DNA of 64,000 nt from Raillietiella orientalis (Eukaryota), in assembly GCA_036172245.1 (NCBI GenBank), contig JAYWIR010000020.1, positions 62,001-126,000 of the forward strand. The letters are read 5' to 3'. Shown piece by piece: positions 40,601-51,495 of this stretch; position 1 is the first letter of the stretch; the number at the start of each line of letters is the position of its first letter. Under the pieces are notes generated by a model. The model made no database searches and was not told where the DNA came from. It saw only the letters and a program-made list of their open reading frames with translations. The translations under genes were made by a program, and so were the position numbers.

Positions 40601-41238
40601 TCGAAAGCGTATACTTCTCAGGATCCACTGTGCGGTGGTATCTTGAACGGATTGGCATGGAACCTTCCTCAAGATGTACTGAAGTTCCGATAGAGGATCC
40701 CTGAACAAACCACTTCATTCCTTTCCAAGAGCACAACTCGCACAAGTGCCATCCTAGCTGGAAAAAAAAATCAACACAGCTCCAGACCACAGCAGTGGCT
40801 TCCTCCGGTACCATCACACGTCTCCCCGTGAGTCGGCTGGTTGAGTTCGTTACCCCTCCTTCCCCCCGTCATTCATCCACCGAGAAGCTTCGATTTGCCA
40901 CGTCTTAGGAACGGTCACTATGAGAGCGCGACACTTCATAAGGGCGACGCCATCCAATGCTTGATTGGTCTCGACCCTTGCAGGGTGAAAGAGGCATCAA
41001 GGCTTGGAGCTCGCGCGTCGCCTGGTCACCGTTTTCATGCCTTAAGGGAAGGCGCGCCTGGTCATCCCCCCGGGACAAGCAGAAGATGCGCACCTACCGC
41101 CGTCTTCACTTTCTCGGCTGGTGATTTTCGTGCGCGCGCTTGCTGGTGGCCCTTCCCCGAACGCATCACCATGTCCCGCACACACGTTTACCCTGTCCCA
41201 AGTGAGGTCACAGTGAGGGAGGAGCAGACGTGCGTTTG

Positions 41239-41272
41239 ATGCCAGTCGTAAGGCACGCCTTACGACTGGCAT
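41239..41272. repeat. Perfect 16 bp-arm palindrome with a 2 nt spacer
   Basis: atgccagtcgtaaggc-ac-gccttacgactggcat. Confidence 0.95.
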
Positions 41273-44200
41273 TCCAAAGGGGTAGCAACAGAAGCGCCGA
41301 GGTTACTGCCCAAAATAAAGCTGCCTGGAGCATGAAAACACCAATGCTTCCTTTCCCGGGATGAGAGTACACGATTCGAGAGCAGAGATGGGAGGGGATG
41401 TGCTGTCCTGAGGCTCCATGCACTTTGCAACCAGATTCTGAGTGCAGAAGGAAACTGTGACACGATCCGCATCGCCGAGCACCCCTCTCTTCCCTCCCCT
41501 CCCTGTTCCCAAAGAACATCTTCCTTGGTGATGGCAATTGCTTTTTTTTTTTTGTTTCTACCTTCTCACTCTTCTGAGCTGTTTCCCCATTGGTGTCAGA
41601 GGAATCCGATTATCCGCGAGGCGTGGTATCGAAAACAAGATCTAGAGAATTTTCCGTGGATTTCTTCCGCTCTGCTTACTCCTTCCTGGAATGCTCTTGC
41701 CCGTAGATCTTTACCAGCACGGGGAACCTGGTCCTGAAGGTCAAGAGCGCTATTCACGAAAAGTGGTAGCTAGTAGCGTCTAATCAACCCGTTCCTAGAT
41801 CGGTCCTAAACAGCTAGAGCACTCAATTGTCTGGGATGATTAAAAAGCAAAAATGGCGAATGAAGATTCTGTTGGAGGACCACAGAAGTCGAGACGGACG
41901 AGAAAAGCAGGTCCTTTAGGATCAAGTTTCCATTCTGCCGACAGGAGAGCACCAGCATCTGCCAGAGAGACCGTGACCGTGACAAACGGGCTCAGAATCA
42001 TGCAAACAAGGCACGAATCAGAAAACGAAAGATCACAGAGTGCGGTGTAAGGAGCACACCAGGAAGGGAACGGTGTGCTCCCAGGACACGCTGCTCCTGC
42101 GAAATGCTGTTAGAAGGAGAAGGCTGAGCTGTTCGGCCAGCTGGAGAAACCCTCGTGAGTGCACAGCCTCTAGTGGAGGATGAAATGGATTCGACAGCCA
42201 GGCAGTGAAGACGGTGAAGGATGCTCTGTGTGTTGATTGCACCCTCCGGCACATTGCTTGCACTGAGCAAGTGCGAATAAACCTCTTGCAGAAATGCACT
42301 TTGCTATCCTCTTTTAAAGACCTTCTCTTTCAAGTAAGGCTGAGCGCACTACCTTGGTCCAGATGAACAGCGCCTCCCTTTCTCACGACCCTGCAAATTA
42401 CCGGAGGAAACAAGCACAGAAGGTGCTTCCTCGCCATACTTTGGTTCCGGGGCAGTAGTCAGGAAGAGCCACGCAACCCCAGCCCGCCGACGTGGCTGTT
42501 GTCTCCTCGCGTGTGCTGAAAGCTCCAAGGTCGCCTTTCGAGGGTCTCATCCGAAGGGACTCGCCCTCTTTCTTCTTCTGCATGCTTGGAAGCGAGCCCC
42601 GGATTTCGGCCTCCTCGTTGTCGTGGCTCTCAGTTGCCACAGCACGGGACTGTCAGAAGTGTCTGGTGGCGCCTCGGCGCGCTTCCCATGCTGGTTCGTT
42701 ACCCTTGTTCCCGAGACGCCTACCATGGGATCTTCGTTCCCACGTCTCTGCTGGTGTTGGAGACAAAGTGCGGCGCCCTTCTCAACTTCCTCTGGAATTT
42801 TGCACTTCCAGTGAGCTCTCTCCTTCTCTTTCCCTCCAGCGACGTCCCCGTCCTCCGAGATGAGCACTCTGATCCTCTCCGTCGGCCCTTGACGGCGACC
42901 GTCCTTCCTGGCGTTGGCCAAAGCGCCTCGTTCGCTCCGGAGGGAGGCTGTTGCAGACGAGTCCTGCTGCCGTTCCAGAAGCGGAGAAAGGGAAAGTAGA
43001 TGGAGAAAAGGGGGGAAGACCGGGGACTCTTTCTTCCGTTCACTCTCCCTTGCGTCGTGCTGCGTTCACAGCTAGCAGCGGGGCATCAGCTGGAAGAGAA
43101 AAGGGACGAGGAAGGAGGATCTGTATGGAAACGGGCAGCGCCCCCTCTCATGCGGCCGTGAGCTCGCGAGGACTCCTGGCGTCTCCCAGCACCCGCACTT
43201 CCCTTAGCCTTTTGTGAACGCCCTCGGGGGCAAGGGGAGGAGGGAAAGAGGAGACGGCCAGTTAAACGAGCAGTCGTTGCTGTGCCACGGAGCCTCACTG
43301 TGTATGGGATCGCGTCTGTTTGGGCAACCGCCCTAGAGGATCCCGTTCGTCGCGGGCTCGCCGATGGGACGCAGGAGTTACCTTATTTGTCGCTCGAGCG
43401 CTCTCCACTCGAGGCGTCGCTGTCGATCCGGACGCTGCAACCTGCCGCGGCGACACGTGGCATGGAGTAGGCGCTCGAGGGAAGCGGAGGAAGAACAGAT
43501 TAGAGAGCAGGGGGGAGGGAGGAGAGCAGGAGTAGGGAGAACCCCATTCCTCGCGCGGGTCCAAACTTCTCCCTGGCAACAGGAAAAAGGGAATGGAGCA
43601 GTCTCGAGAGAGCGGTGGCTCGGAGGAGGGTTGGTCTCTCCCAACGGCGTCGCGAGAGACCGTCCGGAAGGAGAAGGAGGAAAAGGGAAGCTCCCTAGCA
43701 GTGGTAGTAGGGTCTCCTTCAGGAGGATTTGCGGCTCCGTGGCAACGCCAACGACAGTGGCCGTCCTCCTTTTTCACCCTGGCGTTCTCCCAGGACATAG
43801 AGACGGGAAAAGTGTTCCGTGAATCTCCCCAAAGAGATCTGCGGCAGTCTGCAGACCGCATCTCTACCTTCCCAGTCATGTGGCCAGTTTTTCTTCCAGA
43901 AGGAACCGAGAAGCGTCAGGTCCGGGAACGGGCTGTGAAACTCGGAGAATTCCTGCTGCCTTCGCACGGTCCCATTGCATCTCCTAAGCCGGAAGGCCAT
44001 GTCTTCCCCATTTCGCCCCAGGAGCGTCCGAAAGGGAGAGGGAAAATCCCTCCTGCTCTCCTGTGCGCACAGGCATACCTTATTGCTTCACCGAGCGTCC
44101 TTCCGCTAGCGTTTTTGCCCTGGAGGAAATCAGTGAAAGAAAGTGACGGAGCTTCTTGCCTTCTTCCCAGGGAAGAGAGCTGAAGGTCCCTCCGTAAAGT

Positions 44201-47200
44201 ATCAGTCTGTTAAAGAGCCTGGTGTACCAGGAGCTTCAACCTAAGGCCGCCCTAATGCCGGCCGGAGACGCCACCGTCCCTCTTTCCTCGTCCAGGGTCC
44301 TTCCATCGCGTGAGACGGCGCGGTTCGTGAGTCGTCATGGGGAGGAACGATCTGCTTCCCCGACAACAGGAAGGGTGTCGGGCACCTCTTCTTCTTGACT
44401 GGAAGGAGGGAGCGAAGTCGATCTCGATAGCTCAGGTTCGTCGCCGATAGCACGGCGGTTGGCCTTTTTCGCTTGGCGTCTTCCCAAGGAGCCCAGCCCA
44501 GAGCCGCCCTCGATCGAAGCCCCTCCAAGCATTGTGCATTCTCGCCGTCATGCAGCCGACAAGTCCGCGAGAGCGGGACCCTAAACTCTTCCTCCGTTCC
44601 TCTTCCTTCTTTGCTCCTCCTCCCTTCCTCTTCTGTTTGTCCTCTGCTGGACTTTGGAACACCACCCCGGAGCTCAGCTCCGATTCTGACGCTCAAGCTA
44701 AAGGTCGGTGAAAAGCCATCATCTTCCTGCTGACCCCCACCCTCTTCCTCACACGCCACCAAGCGCTCAGAGACTCAACTTTAGGAAAGGCCCGCGAATT
44801 TGGACTGCGGTTGCGCCGGAGTTTCCGAGTCGCGCTCTCTCCGCTGTTTCTCATCTGTCACTCGAGTGTGGATCATTTTGCATATTCACCCGCTTACGCA
44901 GAGGCGTTACTCTCCAAGGAGAAGGAAAATTAAGAGGCTGCGTAAATTCGTGAATCCACTGGACCGCTCTAAAATTTGGGGGTAAAGCGGTGAGAGGAAA
45001 GGACATTACCGACTCGCAGGACACCTTCTTTTCCCTACCCTTCGGCTGCACAGAAGGGTAGAGAAAGTGCAGGGGAGGGGACAGTAAATAAATGAATAAA
45101 TGAAAGAGAGGAAGTGACAGGGGTCATCAGCCTGTGGAACCTAATTGCGATCCATCCTAACTCTGGAATCCATCAATCACCATTTGGCCGCAGTCCTCGT
45201 TACTAAGGAATTGGAACGTTTGGTACTTCTTTCCTGCTGGCGTGCCTCCTGAGCGTCTTCGGGTCGAAGTGGGGAAGCCACGAAGCTCCGAAGTTCCCCG
45301 TGTTGCAGCAACAGGTGCGTGGAAACTCCCATCTCTCCGCGACCTGTACCAGTTCGCAGAGACGCTCCCCTTGTTCCAGCAGTGCCGCCGCTGGTGGCAC
45401 GGGAAAAGAGTCAGTCCATGAACAGCAAGTCTCTTAGCGCCGTCGCCAGAGGAGCAACGTCGAGTTTTGTCCAGAGAGGGCTTGCAATCTCCGAGGGCAG
45501 AATCTCTCGGTATTCCGCACAACGGAGCCTTCCTCTAGCGCCGGTTCCGGGCATCGCCACCTCAGTTCCATCTCTGACTCGCTCTCTTCCGGCTCACGAA
45601 TTTTTTCTCTCCTGCTACGAGGTCACTCACCCTGCCGCCTGGAAACTGTTCTTTCTCTCCTGTAGGGAGGAAAGCGCTGCGGCTGGGAGAGTGACAGTGT
45701 CTCACGACCACTTCTTCCCGCCGCTACCCACCCCCTCCAGGGAGATTGCTCCCAGGTTGTAGACGGGGAGTCTCAACGCTGCGTCAGTACGCGTGACGCA
45801 GACCCAGGTGCTGCCAAGAGTTACAGTTTGCGGGGATGCGGGAGATCCAGTGATGCTCTTCCCATAGGGCAGCGATCTGCCTAAGCGGGACCACGAGAGA
45901 CTTCATGCAGTCTCGGTTGCGCGGTAGCAACGACTTCCCTCCCTCACAACCGACCGCGTGCATTCAGTATTTCGAATACCGTATCCAGCCTTCCGCTATC
46001 ATGAATTGGACCAGTAGCTTTATCTTTTCCAGCGTCAGGATGCCAAGTGCTTTACCTCTTCATGGTGCACTTTGAGCCTTGTGCACGGGCAATATCGTAG
46101 CCGAGTACGTAGCCGGAGGCGCGATTATTGCTAGTTGAAATCTTAATGGTGCAACGAGGCCTTCGAGGAGAACCTTCGGTCTAGGAACTCTCTGTGCTTT
46201 CCGTAGGTGGCCGAAGAAGAGGAGCAAAGACGACGCTGCAAATGAAAGGCGTGCTAACTATCAAAACCACCGAGGGAGAGAAGTCCCCGAAGGAAACACC
46301 AAGGGGGTTCCAAAGCGGACCCAGTCCTGCTACTCATTCTAGCGTGGATCACGGGACGTTCGGCCTGGATTATGCCCCCGCAAAAGTAAGTGTTTCCCAC
46401 ATCCGTCGGGCATCAACAGCAGTCCATTCCCGTTTCCTTGGGATTTCCTCCGCCTTTTCCCAGAGGTGAAGGTTAAGTGGTGGAGGCGGGACGGGAGAAG
46501 AAGAGAAGGATTCCCGCGAGCAGGAGGAGAGAAGCCTCCTGCTGCTGGATTCGCTCCTGCTGGACGCGGGAAGTGACGAAAATCTTTCCTCCTGGTTTCG
46601 CGGACATGCCCTTCCCGGCGAGCCGGGAAGACCAGAATTCTCCCTTGCTCGGACGAAGAAGCGAGCGCGCGGCTATGGAGAGGAGTCGCCCTTTTCGACT
46701 AATTGTGGACTCCGATCCTATCGCCTTCCGAGACCCCAGGAACCCGCAAGCGATCCCGGAAAATCAACCGTCCAGCACGTTAGTTTCTTCCCAGCTCGCT
46801 CCGTCCGCGCTGGTCCGCTAAGCTCCGCGTGGGTGATGAGGTGGAGGGAAGCACATGCGGGCTCCAGTAGTATCCTCTTTGTTGCCTCTCTAGGGCATCT
46901 CTGTTCGGCGCCGAAGAGGACGCATGGGGAGGGGTGTGCGTCTGCCCCGCTGACCGGGGAAGCCTCCTCACTCCTTTGCTCCAAGGCAAGAGGAAAAGAG
47001 AGCACAGGATTCTGCGTGCGTAATCGAGTCTCTGCTAACTAACCAGGGACAAAGGAGGCTTCTGATCCCAGCGATGACACTTGCCTCTCCTCCTCGGAGA
47101 CCGAGAAGATCACGTCTTTAAAGGGCATTTCCAGAATCCCCCGCGAAGCGGCGAACCTACGAGGGAAGAGAGGAGGAAAAGGTCCTTCCGTCTCCTCTGC

Positions 47201-49985
47201 CATTGCAGCGCCCTCTTTCTCGTTGTCTCTGCAGTAAACAGGCTCCGTCGCGTCTGTGTCCCAGGTAACCAGGCAACGGAGTCTGTGTGGCGGCCGCTCG
47301 ACGGAACCCGTGGAATGGAAGCTGGGAAACGCCCTCGGACCAGGAGACGGCGTGGATGTTCCGTTCCACCATCCTTACGCTCCTGCCTTTCCCTGAGGCA
47401 GGAGGAGGACGCCATGGCAAACAGCAAGAACGAACGCCCGCTTCCCCGGAGGATCTATTCCTTCCTCTTCCTCCGCTGCCGTTCCAGAATCGTGCTAGTT
47501 AGCTCCTTAGGGTGCGGGTATCTTGGAGGATCAGCGATCCTCTGCGGCTGCCACCGCCATCATGTTGGGTTCGGGGAAAAGCGGTTCGCATCCGTCATCT
47601 CTCAGTGTCCTCTCGAATCCCGTGAGGCTCTTCGAGATCCAACAAGGATCACTCCGTGGAAAAGAATGGCTTCCTCGCTCCTTCTCTTCCTCTACTTTCA
47701 CTCTCAGACCACTCCCTCCTCTCCTGGGTTTGAGGGTGTCCTCGGGCGTCCGAGAAGAGCGCCCTGCCCCTTCTACGCCTGCTGGGAACGTCAGAAGGAA
47801 CGAAAGAGGTCGCTGGCTGACCAGAGGTCAAAGCCTTTCCTGGGTCCTCACCTGCCAACTCCTCCCTTCCTTTTCTGCAAATCTCTTACTCCGGATCTCT
47901 CTGCGCCCTTCCTCGAGCATCCCATGGGACACGTTTCGTCGTCCTGGGGACCTCCTTCCCTTCCAGCTCGCTCCACCGCAGCCGATCCTCAACTTCTCGG
48001 GTTCCAAGATGATCAGACAGGAGGAGGGAATTTCTCAGTGAGCCTTCCGGAGACGACCCGTACTCCACGTGGCGTAATCCCGACGGAGGGTGCAGTACTG
48101 ACCAGCCGACCAGCTGTGAAGGCCGTCGCGGCCAGGTATCCGGATGGTTACACAAGAAAGGCCCCCCGAGTCTGCGGCGCGTTTCGAAGCCTCCCCCCTT
48201 CCTCCGCCTAAAGGCAGCAGCGGCCCGTCCTAGTACGAGGAGCTGCCTGCACCGCACCCTCCTCACGACCCAACCCAGAGGGTGGGCAGGGAAGAGAGGA
48301 GGAAGAAATGAGGATTCATACTTCGTTCTTCCCAGATGAACGTTCCCACGATTCTGACCCTGGGCCGCGCTTCCCAGTCCAGCCCTTCTCCCAAGATCTC
48401 CTGGAGCCTTCCTTCTCCCGGTGAACTCTTCCATCTCTCTCGCCCTCCCAACGTCTCGGGACTGCTGCTCCCTCCCCTTCGCGACCTCTTTCCCAGAGTT
48501 GAAGAACTGGAAGGGGGCATCCGTTTTCTTCTAGGCCGCCTCCCTCCAGGAGAGGACTCTTCAAAGGACGCACAGCTTTTCCACTCCTCCTTCCCCTCTC
48601 TTCGTCAAGGCACCAACCCCTTCTCGATCTTGGGACTCATGGGGATGCCCCGACGACCGTCTCGAAGGGACGAAAGAAAGCAAAACTCCCCAGAGGTGGA
48701 ACGGCTCCGCATGTCCTCCCTTCCGAATGACCCCCCATCTCCTCCCCATCCTGGAAGAGTTGGCGGTTTTCCCCTTCGATTGCCCTTTCCCTCCCCAGTA
48801 GGAAAAAAAAAGGAGAAGCGAACCTGTAGGAGAGAAACGGGAAGGGAAGAAGAAAATAAGAGGGAAGAAGAAACTCCTTTTCCGCCTTTCCGCCCCCTCC
48901 CGGCCCCTTTCCTGGAAAACGAAAGCATCGGTGGGAGGGGATGGAGAGAGGAAATCCCGAGATGCCTCTCTATCCGCTTCCCGATAATCGTTTGGAGGTT
49001 CCCATTCCTGCCATCTGAGACACGCGCCGAGGCTCCTGGCTTCCTTTCTTCTCTTCCCGCGCCCCCCCAGCGAGCCCCGAGCTTCCCTCCCCATTTCTCT
49101 TCTCCCGCCTGAGATGCGGCATGGATGGGAGCTGACCCTTGGGTCACCCGCGCAACCAAAAGAGGGGCCTCGTTCCTTCCCTTGGAACCTTAACGAGAGG
49201 AACCAAGGTTCGCGGTCTTAGTGTGCCTTCCTAAAATTCGTTCCAGAAAAGGAAGAAAACTTTCCTGGTTCCCAAAGGAGAAAATAAAGTTAGGGACGAT
49301 TCCTGGTTCCGTTCCCCTTCTCCTCTCCGCAAGAGTCCTCAGCGCGGTCAGATTCATCGGCAAATTCTCGGAACCCTTCAGAGCTTCCCGAATCTTTCCA
49401 CCCTTCTCTCGAGAGGAGAACCTTTGGCAGAGTTTCTGCCCCCAGTTAACAACACTTGTCCTTGAAGACGCTGAGAGCCACGTTGACGCGGACGGGGCGT
49501 TCAGAAGGGAAGGAGGAACGATTGAAGCACATGTCCAGTTTCCCGTTTGCTCCGGACATACCGTGTCCTGCTCTCTCCCTGGGTTCCTCTTCGCCATTCC
49601 CTTGATTCCTCCTCCCCTCGTTGCTCCCCCTTACCATCCCTCCCACTGACCCCTTCCTTTTTTTCCCGGAGGAGGTGGTAGGAAGGGTCTTCGGGGAAGT
49701 GGATGCCTTCGGCGCATGCGCGAGCTGTTCGTCGCCTCTCTCTCTCTCCCCTGCCCTTCCCCCAGCACCCAGAAGGAGGCCGGACTCGATTTCGGGAAGC
49801 GAAGGATCGTCGCTGCCAGGCGGCGGCCGGCACGCGCGCGCGAAGAGAGGGAGGCGGCGGAGGGAAGGAAGGGGAGGTGGAGGGAGGGGAGGAACTCGAG
49901 ACGCCGATGGGGAGAAACCCGCGCCGCGCGAATCCCGCCCGCCGCTCAGAGGGAAGCGGTTCGGCGGTCGGATCGCTCCCGACGG

Positions 49986-50720
49986 ATGGGGAACGACAGC
50001 GCCTTCTCCTGCAGCGCCGCTCCCGGTTGCTTCCCGAAGAGGATCGACATGGCCTTCGAAGTGTTCATCTACCTTATGTACGGCGCTGTGTTCGTGTTCT
50101 CCTTCTTTGGCAACGCGATCGTCGCCCACGTCGTGTTCTCCTCCCCTCGAATGCGGACCGTGACCAACCTGTTCATCGTGAACCTGACCCTCGGGGGAAT
50201 CTTCATGACCTGTTTCTGCATCCCTTTCTCCTTCGTGCCCGTCCTCATCCTGCAGTACTGGCCCTTCCCCGAGGTCCTGTGTCCCACTTTCAGCTACTGC
50301 CAGGCGGTGTCTGTGATGGTCAGCGCGTACACCCTCATCGTCCTCAGCTACGACCGTTACGTGGCCATCATCCACCCCCTCCGGCCGCGCATGAGCCACT
50401 TCAAGGCCAACGTCCTCATCGCCTGTGTGTGGACCTTCGCCATGCTCACCGCGCTTCCCATTGCCTTCGTGTCGAAGGTCGTCCGCGCGGACGAGGCGCC
50501 CTCCCCAGGAAGATGTGTCAAGTGCATCTGCATGGAGCAGTGGGACGAGGTCCAGCTGAGTTACATCTACAGCATCCTCCTCCTCGTGCTGCAGTACTTC
50601 CTGCCCACTTTCATCCTCATCGTGACCTACAGCAGGATTGCCATCAAAGCCCTCTCCAAGCGCTTCCCAGGGGACAGCGGGAACTACTGGGTGCACAAGA
50701 TCCCAAGGTCGAAGAAAAAA
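49986..50720 (+). CDS. Class A neuropeptide GPCR (RYamide/luqin, NPY-receptor-like), coding exon for N-terminus to TM5/ICL3, 245 codons
   Basis: GN in TM1, RMRTVTNLFIVNL, LQYWPF...C, QAVSVMVSAYTL, DRY..I.HPL.PRM, TM4 W, QYFLP...Y; strong GC3 bias; donor AAA|GTAGGT at 50720/50721. Confidence 0.93.
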
Positions 50721-51429
50721 GTAGGTGCCTTTCTTTTGCTCTTGACCCGTCTGCAGCTGCCGCTAGGCAGCGCTGCATGCGTGCGTGCGAAGGGTGTGGG
50801 AAGGAGCCCTCTCTCCCCCTTCGGCTCGTGGGCGTTTGCTGGGGAGCGAGCAAACCGGGAGAGACCGGAATGGGGAAGGGAAAGGGGGGGAACCTCAAGG
50901 GGTCGGTTGCCAGGCGACTCCAGCCTTCCGTCCTCACCTTTCTCGCACACTGGCGGCCGCCACTATAGCTGCGGAACCCAGTCCGCCCGCTTGCCCTCCC
51001 TACCTGTCCTTAACCCTTCCCCTGCGGGAGGAGAAAAATAGAGAGGAGAGGGGTGAGGGCATTCCTTGGAGTCGTGCCGCGTCCTCGTCTTCGCCATCGC
51101 GCCAAAGTGAAGACGAGAGAAGAGCGAACCCACAGCTGCTCTTCTCCATTGCCTTCAGACCAAGGAAGCCAGACTCCGCGGAACGTGGCCCGCTGTCCTG
51201 TGCGAGAAGGGAGACGGGGGAGGAGAGCTGGACGGCAGGCGCGGCGTGGTGGGGTCGACGAGGGAAGGAGGGAGGGTCACATCAAGACGTGGCAGAAGAG
51301 AGAAGGAGGGAGGGAGTATCGATTGATCGACCAGGTGCACTCCCCTGCACAACTTGGTGCTGCAAACCAAACCAAATCTTCCGGGATTATCCTCTTATCC
51401 CCTGCTCACTACCATGCTGTCCCCTTCCT

Positions 51430-51495
51430 CCTTCTCCTCTCCTTCTCCTCTCCTTCTCCTCTCCTTCTCCTCTCCTTCTCCTCTCCTTCTCCTCT
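51430..51495. repeat. (CCTTCTCCTCT)6 polypyrimidine minisatellite in the GPCR intron
   Basis: Six perfect 11 bp units counted. Confidence 0.9.

Noticed and set aside
40900..41200. LTR/DIRS reverse transcriptase (GKARLVI peptide)
   Set aside because: A single short motif after a stop codon with no supporting motifs.
47081..49159. Long ORFs of 376, 258 and 184 aa upstream of the GPCR
   Set aside because: Pro/Arg/Ser-rich translations of GC-rich low-complexity DNA with no domain or splice support.
49446..50968. 416 aa antisense ORF and 421 aa alternative-frame ORF over the GPCR exon
   Set aside because: Expected by-products of high GC3 codon bias.
50721..51041. C-terminal extension of ORF 49716-51041
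   Set aside because: Read-through into the intron after the donor at 50721; the real continuation is the TM6 exon at 61955.
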